Below the pieces are notes generated by a model that saw nothing but the letters and a program-made list of their open reading frames with translations, did not search any database and was not told the origin of the DNA. A stretch of 41,347 nt of DNA from a virus, in the IMG/VR virus record IMGVR_UViG_3300045988_100004, positions 1-41,347 of that record; one strand, 5' to 3'. The position numbers and the translations under genes are program-made. Within the stretch, counting starts at the first letter, position 1. Each line of letters starts with the position of its first letter. Positions 6,764 to 15,399 of the stretch are shown here, piece by piece.

Positions 6764-7760
6764 GGCCATTCTCGCCGTCGCACAAGCCCAACAGCAGGGT
6801 GATGCGATACCCGTGGACATACCGCCCATGGACGAAACGGCGCCCCTTATGGACAAGCCGCCCGCAACTCCGAAAACCAAGGTGGATACGGTGGAGGAAC
6901 CCCGGTTGTGGCCGGAGATTCGCCAGCTCATCGAGAACGACATCCAGAACGCGCCACGCGAACTGCAGCGTGAGATAGGCCCCAGCGAACTGGGCACGGA
7001 CTGCGTGCACTGCCTCGCCGCCAAACTGGCGGGCTGGCCGGAGCGACGCTCCCCGGGCTGGCTGCCGTTCATCGGCACATGCGTGCACGCGCATTTCGAA
7101 ACCATGTTCCGCGAACTGAACGGGGAGCCGGCGTTCCAATTCCCCTATACGGGCGAGGACAACGTGACCGAACTCGTGGAACGGTGGCGCAGCGAATACC
7201 GGGTCACCGTAGGCCGGTTGCAGGGTTTGCATGGCGGCTACGACGTGACCGGCAGCATCGACCTGTGGGACCGCAAGACCCGCAGCACCATCGACTGGAA
7301 GATAGTCGGCAACACGACCGTCACCAAGGTCAAAGCCCACGGCCCCTCGCAGCAGTACCGGGTGCAGGCCTCGCTCTACGGCATGGGCCTGCAGAACGAG
7401 GGCGAACGGGTGGAACGCAACTGCATCTACTTCCTGCCCCGCAACAAGACCAGTCTCGGCGACGCATTGCCCTGGGAGACGAGGTTCGACCCGGAGCCCG
7501 GCAAGTGGGCGTTGAGCCGCGCCCAACTGCTCGTCAACCTCATGGACTGCGTGGAGCAGGCGGAAGGCCCCGACGTGCGCGACAGCTGGATCAAACAGTT
7601 GCCGGCGGCCGGACCCGACAAGTGCTTCTCCTGCAAGGGCCGGGTCTGGCCCGACATGAGCGCGCTCCCCGAGTTCGACGCTAAGCCATGGCCGGACGTG
7701 CCCGACAAGTGGCTTCAACTCATCCCCCTAATCGAATCCGAATACCAGTTCGCCGAATAA
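6750..7760 (+). CDS. PD-(D/E)XK Cas4/RecB-family exonuclease (336 aa)
   Basis: GAAGGAGGTGA SD; motifs GSIDLWD...TIDWK (D..D-x-K), QYRVQASLY (QxxxY), Cys pairs CVHC near the N-terminus and CFSC near the C-terminus (Fe-S cluster pattern). Confidence 0.8.
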   Translation: MSMNEAILAVAQAQQQGDAIPVDIPPMDETAPLMDKPPATPKTKVDTVEEPRLWPEIRQLIENDIQNAPRELQREIGPSELGTDCVHCLAAKLAGWPERRSPGWLPFIGTCVHAHFETMFRELNGEPAFQFPYTGEDNVTELVERWRSEYRVTVGRLQGLHGGYDVTGSIDLWDRKTRSTIDWKIVGNTTVTKVKAHGPSQQYRVQASLYGMGLQNEGERVERNCIYFLPRNKTSLGDALPWETRFDPEPGKWALSRAQLLVNLMDCVEQAEGPDVRDSWIKQLPAAGPDKCFSCKGRVWPDMSALPEFDAKPWPDVPDKWLQLIPLIESEYQFAE

Positions 7761-7776
7761 CGAAAGGAAAACAATC

Positions 7777-8673
7777 ATGTTCGGAAATCCACAACAGTAC
7801 GGCAGCTACCCTCAGCAGGGTTACCCCCAACAGGGGTATCAGCAGGGGTATGGTCAGCCGCCGGCACGCCCGGCCGTGTCCATGACCCCGGAGCAGATGC
7901 TTGCCAGCATCGAATCGCAGAGCAGCAAGGGCGCGAAGTTCGAACAGCCCGGCACATCGATCAGCGGAATCATCGAGAACGTGACCGCCAACCAGATCCG
8001 CGATTTCAAGTCCCGCCAGCCGAAGTTCTTCGATGACGGACAGCCGCAGATGCAGGTGCTCGTCACCATCAACACCGGCGTCACCGATCCGATGGTGGAG
8101 GACGATGACGGCCGGCGCACCGTGCACATCAAGGGCTTCGGCCTCCAGCGGCGCGCATGGCTTCAGGCGTTGCACAACGCCGGGCTGAGGAAGGCCGCAG
8201 AAGTGCGGCCTGGCGACCGTTTCACGGCCACGTTCACCGGTTTCGGCGAGGCGAAGCCCGGCATGAACGCGCCGAAACTGTTCGAGTACGTGATCGAACA
8301 CCAGTCGCCGGCCGATCTCGCCATGAACCAGCCCCAGCAGTCCGGCATGCAGCAGCCCCAGCGGCCCCCGCAGCAGTACGCGCCACAGCAGCCCATGCAG
8401 GCCCCGAATCAGGGATATGCGCCAGCTCCGGTCGACCCATGGAACCCGCCGACGCAGGCGCAGCAATCCGCTCAGCCGGTACAGTTCGGCCAACCACAGC
8501 AGCCGAAGGCCGATCCGATGAAGGTCAACCAGCTGCGGGCCCTGGGTAAGAGCCCGCAGGAGATCGCCGCCCTGTTGGGTGTGCCGGTCGAAGCGGTCAC
8601 CGCCGTCACCGACCAGGCGCAACCCCAATACCACGGCGGCTCCGAACAAATGCCAGAAACAGGTGAGTTCTAG
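7777..8673 (+). CDS. Q/P/G-rich protein with central globular core, C-terminal HTH-like segment and acidic ...PETGEF tip; possible SSB-like/recombination mediator (298 aa)
   Basis: Low-complexity QQGY/QQP tails flank a ~140-aa core; tail ends acidic plus Phe like bacterial SSB tips; follows the exonuclease gene. Confidence 0.7.
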   Translation: MFGNPQQYGSYPQQGYPQQGYQQGYGQPPARPAVSMTPEQMLASIESQSSKGAKFEQPGTSISGIIENVTANQIRDFKSRQPKFFDDGQPQMQVLVTINTGVTDPMVEDDDGRRTVHIKGFGLQRRAWLQALHNAGLRKAAEVRPGDRFTATFTGFGEAKPGMNAPKLFEYVIEHQSPADLAMNQPQQSGMQQPQRPPQQYAPQQPMQAPNQGYAPAPVDPWNPPTQAQQSAQPVQFGQPQQPKADPMKVNQLRALGKSPQEIAALLGVPVEAVTAVTDQAQPQYHGGSEQMPETGEF

Positions 8674-8849
8674 TGGACGACCTGCTGAAACACCTGCAGA
8701 ACCAGTGGATCGAACTGATGCAGGACATGGATTCCCTCGCCTCCGCTCAGGTCGGATTCCGTGACGTCGACTCGGAAAGCCTCCAGCTCATGAGCGTGAG
8801 GCTCGTGCTCCTGGGCTGGCACAAGAGCAAGAACTCCGACAAGGACTGA
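8673..8849 (+). CDS. Small hypothetical protein (58 aa, GTG start)
   Basis: TAGTG stop/start overlap with the upstream gene; high GC3 (VDDLLKHLQNQWIELMQDMD...); the listed minus ORF 8670..8927 is its antisense shadow. Confidence 0.5.
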   Translation: MDDLLKHLQNQWIELMQDMDSLASAQVGFRDVDSESLQLMSVRLVLLGWHKSKNSDKD

Positions 8850-8950
8850 TACCAGTCCCGACCGCCGTAGCCGTATCCAAGCGGCCCGCACGAATGCAAA
8901 GGCGTGCACGGCACCACACATATTCACATCACGTCAAAGGAGTTTCAAGA

Positions 8951-11251
8951 ATGACCGACATCTACGGATACGCGGCAGCCGCACCCCTGTACCGTGCGGC
9001 CGGCTGGATGCAGGTCATCCCCCTGCCCGAAGGCCGCAAGACCCCGCCACCCAGCGGGTTCACGGGACGCAGCCGCAAACCCGTCACCGACGAACAAGTA
9101 CGGTTCTGGTCGCAGGCGGCCCCGGACGCGAACACGGGAATCGTCATCCCCGAAGGCGTATTGGTGCTGGACATCGACGCCGCACAAGGCCATCAGGTCA
9201 AGGCGGACGGGGCGAAAGGCATCAGCGAGCTCTCGCAGGAGCTGGGCGCGTTGCCGGCCACGTGGAGCAGCACGGCGCACGGCATCGACAGTCCGGCACG
9301 CCACCTGTTCTACAAGGTGCCCGAGGGATTGGCGTGGAAGGGCGGAGCCATCGAAGGTGTGGACATCCTGCAACCCGGCCACCGGTATTCCGTGGTCTGG
9401 CCGTCGATCCACCCGAGCGGCGAAATGTACTGCTGGTACACGCCCAATGGCTCGACCACCAGCAAGCTCCCCCGCATCTCGGATTTGGCAACATTGCCGT
9501 GGAAGTGGGTGGACTACCTGCGCAAGCCCGACAACACGTCGAACCCGAAGGAATTAAAGTGTTCGAATTCGAACACTTTAACCCCGTCGAATCCGAGGGG
9601 ATACGACGACCGCATGTGCAAGGCCGTCAACACGTTCCTCAACAAGACGCTCGCCAACCCCGCTTCCAAAGGCTCAAGGCATGACACCACGCTGCAGGCA
9701 GTCTGGGCCTTGGTGAACTTCGCGCAGGAGGGCCATCGCGGCGCGCTCGACGCCATCAGCCAATTGAAACCACGCTTCATCGCCGAGATAGCGCCCGACC
9801 GTCAGGGCAAGGAGCGCGAGGCGGCACGCGAATGGGCCAGCATTCTCAGTGGCGCGATGGAGAAGGTCAACGGCGTGCAATCGCATGCGGATCCGTGCGA
9901 GCAGTCGAAAATCGAACGCATGACGCCCGGCGAGTTCAACGAACTCACCCAAAACGCGGCTGCGAGTCAAATGGAGGAAAGTTACCCGGAAGCAGTTCAA
10001 AACACTGGAACAATGCCGGTTCAAGCCGGTTCAACACCCGTCGCATCGGTTCAAAACGGTTCAATGGAAAGTCGCGAGGCAAGTAAAAACGCCTCCTCCA
10101 ACTGGCAGTTCGAAGACCTCACCCAGCTCGCTTCCGGCATCGAACTACCGCCAACGCCCACCGTGTTCCAACGCGAGGACGGGCAAGGACTCTTCTATAG
10201 GGGCGCGGTCAACGATTTGCACGGCGAACCCGGCTGCGGCAAAAGCATGATAGCCCAGATCGCCACCGCACAGGAACTCAAGCAAGGACATGACGTGATC
10301 TACATCGATTATGAGGATTCGGCGCGCAACGTCGTCAAACGTCTCCTGCTGCTCGGCGTGACCGGCGAAGCCATCGTGACGCATCTCCACTACGTGCGCC
10401 CATCGGCCAAGCCGAGCAGCCCCACCAGCCTCGACGGCTGGCGCGAAACCCTCCAGTACGCGGACACCGCCACGCTCGCCATCATCGACGGCGTCACCAG
10501 CTGCCTCGCCTACGCGGGCCTCGACAGCAACTCGGGTGACGACATCGCCGCCTGGTACAACACCATGCCCCGACTCATCTCGGCCTGCGGGCCAGCAGTC
10601 GTACTCATCGACCACGTCGTTAAAAGCAAGGACAACCGGGGCCGCTACGCCGGCGGCTCGATGCAGAAACTCGCCCTCATCGACGGCATCAGCTACTCGG
10701 TGGACATGACCAAACCCGTCGGCAAAGGCGTGCGCGGCACCATCGTCATCAAAAGCGGCAAGGACCGTATCAGCGAGATCGAGGAGCATTGCGCCGTCAA
10801 CTGGAGCAGCAACGGCAGCCACCTGCGCGAAGCAGCACGCATCGAAATCAACAGCACGGACCCGAAACTCATGCACGTCACCATCACACGCCCCAACATG
10901 ATGCCCAGCGAGGACCGTCAGACGAAACGCGACGACTTCCGACCCACCGGACTCATGGAGAAAATCAGCCAGCTCGTCGAGAACGCCATAGAGGAACCAA
11001 GCCAATCGGAACTGTTCGACGCCTTGAAATCGGATGGCTCCGGCGCCAAGACCGCGATTATGTCGAAAGCCATCAGACTGCTGCTGGAGGAGGGGTATGT
11101 GACGAACCGCGCCAGCAGGCACAACCGCGCATGCTACCGGTCGGTACGCCCCTACCGGCAGATAGACGACCCCAAATCGGATTCTTTCGTGGACCGTATG
11201 AGCAGGGAGGAGGTGAGCGAATTGGACGATGGAAACCACCTCGACATCTAG
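8951..11251 (+). CDS. Bifunctional primase-polymerase / RecA-fold (DnaB/RepA-like) helicase fusion (766 aa)
   Basis: AAAGGAG SD; N-terminal Prim-Pol blocks (GWMQVIPLPEGRKTPP, VLVLDIDA, HLFYKV); Walker A GEPGCGKS and Walker B LAIIDGVTS in the C-terminal half. Confidence 0.85.
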   Translation: MTDIYGYAAAAPLYRAAGWMQVIPLPEGRKTPPPSGFTGRSRKPVTDEQVRFWSQAAPDANTGIVIPEGVLVLDIDAAQGHQVKADGAKGISELSQELGALPATWSSTAHGIDSPARHLFYKVPEGLAWKGGAIEGVDILQPGHRYSVVWPSIHPSGEMYCWYTPNGSTTSKLPRISDLATLPWKWVDYLRKPDNTSNPKELKCSNSNTLTPSNPRGYDDRMCKAVNTFLNKTLANPASKGSRHDTTLQAVWALVNFAQEGHRGALDAISQLKPRFIAEIAPDRQGKEREAAREWASILSGAMEKVNGVQSHADPCEQSKIERMTPGEFNELTQNAAASQMEESYPEAVQNTGTMPVQAGSTPVASVQNGSMESREASKNASSNWQFEDLTQLASGIELPPTPTVFQREDGQGLFYRGAVNDLHGEPGCGKSMIAQIATAQELKQGHDVIYIDYEDSARNVVKRLLLLGVTGEAIVTHLHYVRPSAKPSSPTSLDGWRETLQYADTATLAIIDGVTSCLAYAGLDSNSGDDIAAWYNTMPRLISACGPAVVLIDHVVKSKDNRGRYAGGSMQKLALIDGISYSVDMTKPVGKGVRGTIVIKSGKDRISEIEEHCAVNWSSNGSHLREAARIEINSTDPKLMHVTITRPNMMPSEDRQTKRDDFRPTGLMEKISQLVENAIEEPSQSELFDALKSDGSGAKTAIMSKAIRLLLEEGYVTNRASRHNRACYRSVRPYRQIDDPKSDSFVDRMSREEVSELDDGNHLDI
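9554..9581. repeat. Perfect 28-bp palindrome inside the primase-helicase gene
   Basis: TTAAAGTGTTCGAA|TTCGAACACTTTAA centred on GAATTC; locally AT-rich; lies in the inter-domain linker (KELKCSNSNTLT). Confidence 0.9.
9993..10064 (+). repeat. Phased iterons (CGGTTCAA x4 plus CAGTTCAA) inside the primase-helicase gene; ori candidate
   Basis: CGGTTCAA at 10017, 10027, 10047, 10057 (10-bp register) and CAGTTCAA at 9993. Confidence 0.8.
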
Positions 11252-11319
11252 ATTTTCCGTTTTTCCCGAACGTTTCCCAGCTCTTCCCAGAAAAACAGAG
11301 CCACCGAGACTAGCTCTTC

Positions 11320-11361
11320 CCCACACTCCCCGACCACACTACGTGTGTGGTCGGGTGTGGG
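11320..11361 (+). terminator. Long GC-rich stem-loop after the replication gene
   Basis: CCCGACCACAC(11329-11339)/GTGTGGTCGGG(11345-11355) extended by CCCACA/TGTGGG; no U-tract. Confidence 0.45.
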
Positions 11362-11445
11362 AAAAGCTAAGGCTCGCCCCTCGGAAAAGCCCAAAAACAC
11401 CCCTCAACAACACTAGATATTCCCTCAAAACCCAAGGAGACCAAA

Positions 11446-11832
11446 ATGGCACTCACATTCAGAGAACAGATCGAAGCGACAGCATGGGAGCTAGGCAACG
11501 GAGAAGGCTCCGTACCAGAGTTGCGGAAGCGGTTCGACGCAGACCCAGAGACGCCGAACTTCGACCCAGCCAAGGCATTGGAGATGCTGCACATCCTCCA
11601 GCTCATCAACTACAAGCGAGTCGCCTCGGCCGCCAACGGCAAGCATGCTCGTTGCCACTACCTGAAGAAGCCCGAATACTCACTGCTTGATTTCGACATT
11701 CCGAAGCCGATTCCCAAAGACGAGCGGGAACGGGAGACGCGCATCCAATGGGCCAAGGACTTCCGCGCCATCGCCGACTGGCTCGACGCGAACTGCTGCA
11801 CGACGGAGACGAGCCATGTCCGAGCCGATTGA
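11446..11832 (+). CDS. Hypothetical protein (128 aa)
   Basis: AAGGAGA SD 7 nt upstream; high GC3. Confidence 0.7.
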   Translation: MALTFREQIEATAWELGNGEGSVPELRKRFDADPETPNFDPAKALEMLHILQLINYKRVASAANGKHARCHYLKKPEYSLLDFDIPKPIPKDERERETRIQWAKDFRAIADWLDANCCTTETSHVRAD

Positions 11833-12007
11833 CCTAACCCAACAGGCCCTCGACGCGCTGGCCTCATCGGGCTTGGACAACGATAGTCCGGCCGAGGCGT
11901 TCGTCATCGGATACCAACACGGCTGGCAGGCCGCCATCGACCTGTGCATACGAATCGAAACGGCGCTCAACGACGAAACGGAGGAAACCGATGACCGCAC
12001 TGCTTGA
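11816..12007 (+). CDS. Small acidic hypothetical protein (63 aa)
   Basis: ORF 11687..12007 trimmed to MSEPIDL with GGAG 7 nt upstream. Confidence 0.55.
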   Translation: MSEPIDLTQQALDALASSGLDNDSPAEAFVIGYQHGWQAAIDLCIRIETALNDETEETDDRTA

Positions 12008-12200
12008 CGAACGATTGCGCGACCTCGCGACGCAGACCCATCTGCTCGAAGAGAAAGTGAATGCTCTCGGCTGGATGGCCGCCAACGGCCCGCAGGCATT
12101 GAAATCAATGACCCGCGCCCAGGCGCATCTCATGCTCGCCGAATGCGATCTGCTGGACGCAATCGAAAACAACGAAAAGAAGGAGAACAATCATGAGTGA
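11991..12200 (+). CDS. Small hypothetical protein (69 aa)
   Basis: GGAGGAA SD; C-terminus NNEKKENNHE carries the junction module reused downstream. Confidence 0.6.
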   Translation: MTALLDERLRDLATQTHLLEEKVNALGWMAANGPQALKSMTRAQAHLMLAECDLLDAIENNEKKENNHE

Positions 12201-12801
12201 GAAACCATTCTGGAATGGTAAGACCTGCAATGAAATGGCCGGACTACACGTCAAGGTCACATTTAATAGCGGCACCGTAGTAACCGGCGTGACTGACAAA
12301 AACGGCGATATTGCGAACGTTCTCTCTCTCACCCTAGGAATGGGCGATGAACTGTTCGTCCCGAACATCCGCATCAAGTCCATCGAACTGGTGGATGACC
12401 CCAAGTATGAGCGTATCGACAACATCGAGGACGTGCGCGAAGGAGACGTGTACGTCGGCACGGACGGCAACCGGTACACCGTCTTGCGACGCACTACGTC
12501 CAATCTCAATCCCCTGACGGTAACAGTCATCAACACGACCTTCTACCCACACCGTTCCTACTTCGGCTACGCTTTGCGTCCAACCCCGAAGCTGCCCGAC
12601 CATGACGGATTGTGGCTGGACAAGGATGATGCGATCTGGCAGGTTTACGATCATCAAGCGATTCCTGTCTACGACGACGCTGACGGATGGGGAGTACAGC
12701 GGGAGATTTTCTCAGTCTCCCAACTGGGTCAATACGCCCCGTTCCGTCCGGCCAAGGCGGTGGAAGCGAACGAAAAGAAGGAGAAAAACAATGAGCAGTG
12801 A
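12193..12801 (+). CDS. Hypothetical protein, tandem paralog 1 (202 aa)
   Basis: MSEKPFWNGKT...IKSIELVDDP...GDVYVGTDGNRY...YALRPTPKLPDHDGLW...PFRPAKAVEA; paralogous to 12791..13378. Confidence 0.75.
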   Translation: MSEKPFWNGKTCNEMAGLHVKVTFNSGTVVTGVTDKNGDIANVLSLTLGMGDELFVPNIRIKSIELVDDPKYERIDNIEDVREGDVYVGTDGNRYTVLRRTTSNLNPLTVTVINTTFYPHRSYFGYALRPTPKLPDHDGLWLDKDDAIWQVYDHQAIPVYDDADGWGVQREIFSVSQLGQYAPFRPAKAVEANEKKEKNNEQ

Positions 12802-13378
12802 GAAACCATTCTGGGAAGGCAAGACAGGCGAGGAGCTGGCCGGATTGCATGTCAAGGTCACGTTTGAGACCGGGGCCGTAGCGGAAGGCATCCTCAACGA
12901 CGATAGATGCATCCATCTCGGCTCATACTCTTTTTTCCGGGTTTTCGGCTCAGGTCATGATGGCCTCGTAGAACCGGCTACCCCTATCAAGTCCATCGAA
13001 CTGGTGGATGACCCCGAGTGTGAGCGTATCGATGACATCAACGCCGTGCGCGTGGGCGACGTGTACGTGGGAACAGACGGCAACCGATACCCCGTCGTGG
13101 GACTTGCTGAGTTCGCGGACTACCCCTTGAGGGTAAAGGTTTCCGGTGGGGCTTGCTTGCCCCACCGTGATTACTTTGCCTATGCGTTGCGGCCGAAACC
13201 GAAGCTGCCCGACCATGACGGACTCTGGTTCGACAAGTACGGTGCCCTATGGATGTTCTGCGGCGGTGTGGGCTGTGTTCTCTGCGACGAGGAAGGCGCG
13301 TGGACGACTGAATCCTCTGCCCTCTCGCGATTGTACACGTTCACTCCGTTCCGCCCGGCCAAGGCGGTGGAGGCATGA
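12791..13378 (+). CDS. Hypothetical protein, tandem paralog 2 (195 aa)
   Basis: ORF 12602..13378 trimmed to MSSEKPFWEGKT; shares the same blocks and the same upstream junction (GAAAAGAAGGAGAA..ATGAG..GTGAGAAACCATTCTGG) as paralog 1. Confidence 0.75.
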   Translation: MSSEKPFWEGKTGEELAGLHVKVTFETGAVAEGILNDDRCIHLGSYSFFRVFGSGHDGLVEPATPIKSIELVDDPECERIDDINAVRVGDVYVGTDGNRYPVVGLAEFADYPLRVKVSGGACLPHRDYFAYALRPKPKLPDHDGLWFDKYGALWMFCGGVGCVLCDEEGAWTTESSALSRLYTFTPFRPAKAVEA

Positions 13379-13602
13379 GCATCGAGGTGGGCCAAACATA
13401 CCGAAACAACCAGAATGCTGAATTAACCATCATAGACGAGGTGGCGTGCCTTGCTACCTCCCGGTCTGGCATATATCTAGGTGTAGACGTGCTACCGGGA
13501 GCAGGACTGTTCGTCGCGGACGACCCATACGACACAGGCTCTGCGGTGATTGTCAACGAGCAGTCTCTGACCGAATGCGGCTACAAGGCGGTGGAGGCAT
13601 GA
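13375..13602 (+). CDS. Hypothetical protein (75 aa)
   Basis: ATGA coupling at both ends via the repeated AAGGCGGTGGAGGCATGA junction. Confidence 0.6.
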   Translation: MSIEVGQTYRNNQNAELTIIDEVACLATSRSGIYLGVDVLPGAGLFVADDPYDTGSAVIVNEQSLTECGYKAVEA

Positions 13603-13645
13603 AGGTCGTAGTCAGCACAGAGTACATCACCGACTGGGAGGTGAA

Positions 13646-13915
13646 ATGGTGAGTATCATCAGCCGTGAGGCGGACAGCATCTACATCTACAAGAGTTCCG
13701 CGTGTCCCGACCAGTCCGATCTTCTGCCACGGCTCTACGACAACGAGGATCTGCGCGAAGCCTATGAGCAGGGCGCTTCCAGACGGGTCACGAACGAGGA
13801 AATCAAAGCCGCCGTAGATTACGTAGGGAAGTCCATCATTCTTCCCGGCAGGCTTTTGGAAACCATCATCAGAGACGCTTTTAACGCGGCGAGGAGAAAG
13901 TTAACGGAAGAATGA
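13646..13915 (+). CDS. Hypothetical protein (89 aa)
   Basis: GGGAGGTGAA SD immediately upstream. Confidence 0.6.
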   Translation: MVSIISREADSIYIYKSSACPDQSDLLPRLYDNEDLREAYEQGASRRVTNEEIKAAVDYVGKSIILPGRLLETIIRDAFNAARRKLTEE

Positions 13916-14271
13916 ATCTTTTAGATGAAACCAAGGGTGCGATCTCACGAAGCGAGCATTCGACCGATGACGTTCGATTCGTCGGCTCCCGCGACGAGAA
14001 GCTGGGAATTCCGTGGAGTCAGGCCGAAAAGGTGCTCGACATCGATTACGACGACGGATACGGCGGTCAGGAGATAGCCGCCGATCTGGTCGTCGTGTTC
14101 ACCGATGGCGGTTTCCTGCGCCGCGAAGAATACGACGGCAGCGAATGGTGGGAATATGAGCCACCGTTCATAGGCCCGGAGACGCAGAAACCGTTCGGGC
14201 GCGTGAAGCGAACCTATCCCGCGTACTCGCTTGAGGACCTCAATTACCCGATGGAGGCAACGGAAGAATGA
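13912..14271 (+). CDS. Acidic hypothetical protein (119 aa)
   Basis: ATGA coupling; junction AACGGAAGAATGA. Confidence 0.6.
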   Translation: MNLLDETKGAISRSEHSTDDVRFVGSRDEKLGIPWSQAEKVLDIDYDDGYGGQEIAADLVVVFTDGGFLRREEYDGSEWWEYEPPFIGPETQKPFGRVKRTYPAYSLEDLNYPMEATEE

Positions 14272-14597
14272 GCTACTACGTGCTTGGCGTGCTTACGCCC
14301 TTCATTCTCATTGTCGTTCTCTACGTTGTCTGGCTGTTTTCCCAATTGTGTCACGCGCTGGTCAACTGGGCCATGAAGAAAGTCCACTACAGGCTGATAC
14401 GAACACGGTATCTCAACGCGATCGAGGTCAATCCCGGTGGCAAGTGGGAGGGATTGAGCATTGAGCCGATCTCGAAACGGTTCACCGAAGCGCTCATACG
14501 CGACGGAGGCAGATTCAAATATATTCCATTGTTCGGCTGGTGCGTGTGCATCGTCCGAGACTACAAAACCAAACCGAAGAAGACAACCAATGAGTGA
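14268..14597 (+). CDS. Membrane protein (109 aa)
   Basis: N-terminal TM YYVLGVLTPFILIVVLYVVWLF; same AACGGAAGAATGA junction; lower GC than flanks. Confidence 0.6.
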   Translation: MSYYVLGVLTPFILIVVLYVVWLFSQLCHALVNWAMKKVHYRLIRTRYLNAIEVNPGGKWEGLSIEPISKRFTEALIRDGGRFKYIPLFGWCVCIVRDYKTKPKKTTNE

Positions 14598-14847
14598 TTA
14601 CAAGCAGCGGATGATCCGCGAACATCGAGAATTGCAGGAGCGCATCAGCAAGCTGGCGCACATGCTTGAGGGCTACGCGGAGGGCACGTTGGACTTCACG
14701 CCCGCGTGTTCTTTCCAGCTCCTTGAAAGCCAATTGTACGCGATGGGGACATACGCGAACATCTTACAGGAGCGTGCGCGTATCGAACAGGTGGATTTGG
14801 ACGCGCCTCTTGAGGGAGGTGAGTCTGGTGAGGTTCCACAGGATTAG
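14590..14847 (+). CDS. Small helical phage protein (85 aa)
   Basis: ORF 14461..14847 trimmed to MSDYKQRMIREHRELQERISKL; ATGAGTGA overlap with the upstream gene. Confidence 0.6.
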   Translation: MSDYKQRMIREHRELQERISKLAHMLEGYAEGTLDFTPACSFQLLESQLYAMGTYANILQERARIEQVDLDAPLEGGESGEVPQD

Positions 14848-14909
14848 CCCGTGTCCCAAATGCGGGGACAAGCGATTCAAGCTGATTTACGAGAGTCTGG
14901 AGGCAGACG

Positions 14910-15122
14910 ATGAGTGAACCGTTTGACGTGCAGAAGACCATTCACGACCGCATTGTGATGAGCGCTAAGTATGGCATTCAGGGCGCTTGGAATGACGGGT
15001 ATATCGCGGGCTTGTCGGCCGCATTGTGGGCCGTGGTAACGGCTGACGGAGTGAACCGTACCGGCTGCAAGCATTTCGATCTGCACAATCCCGGACAAAA
15101 GGAGATGGACCTTGAGCATTGA
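14910..15122 (+). CDS. Hypothetical protein (70 aa)
   Basis: Starts in the GACGATGAGTGA junction; high GC3. Confidence 0.55.
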   Translation: MSEPFDVQKTIHDRIVMSAKYGIQGAWNDGYIAGLSAALWAVVTADGVNRTGCKHFDLHNPGQKEMDLEH

Positions 15123-15399
15123 GACGGAATCGTTCGACTTGACCTTTGGCAGCATCCACTATGCCGGCACGAGGCTCACTATCCCGATTGACGATGACGA
15201 ATACATGGTTTATCGGGTAGAGATCGCCAATCATCGGCGTGGCTCTTCCAGCTTGGTGACGTTTCACCTCGACCGGGACGACTCCGGCCCGGAGCACAAG
15301 ACCGTTGGCCAATCTGCAAGCGCTTATCTGAGCGTGGACGAGGCGAAACAAATCATGCAGGCACTGCAACAGGCAATCAAGGAGGCGGACGATGAGTGA
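15112..15399 (+). CDS. Hypothetical protein (95 aa, TTG start)
   Basis: AAGGAG 8 nt upstream of the TTG. Confidence 0.55.
   Translation: MSIETESFDLTFGSIHYAGTRLTIPIDDDEYMVYRVEIANHRRGSSSLVTFHLDRDDSGPEHKTVGQSASAYLSVDEAKQIMQALQQAIKEADDE

Noticed and set aside
6329-8649. Long minus-strand ORFs 6329..7105, 6720..7718, 7720..8649 (258-332 aa)
   Set aside because: They are Arg/Gly/Val/His-rich antisense shadows of well-supported plus-strand genes, typical of high-GC DNA. They have no SD sequences or recognisable motifs.
8670-8927. 85-aa minus-strand ORF between the Q/P-rich gene and the primase gene
   Set aside because: A plus-strand 58-codon ORF (8673..8849) with TAGTG coupling and much better third-position GC occupies the same DNA.
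10145-11326. 393-aa minus-strand ORF opposite the primase-helicase gene
   Set aside because: It is an antisense shadow with biased composition and no start context. The plus-strand gene has clear Walker motifs.
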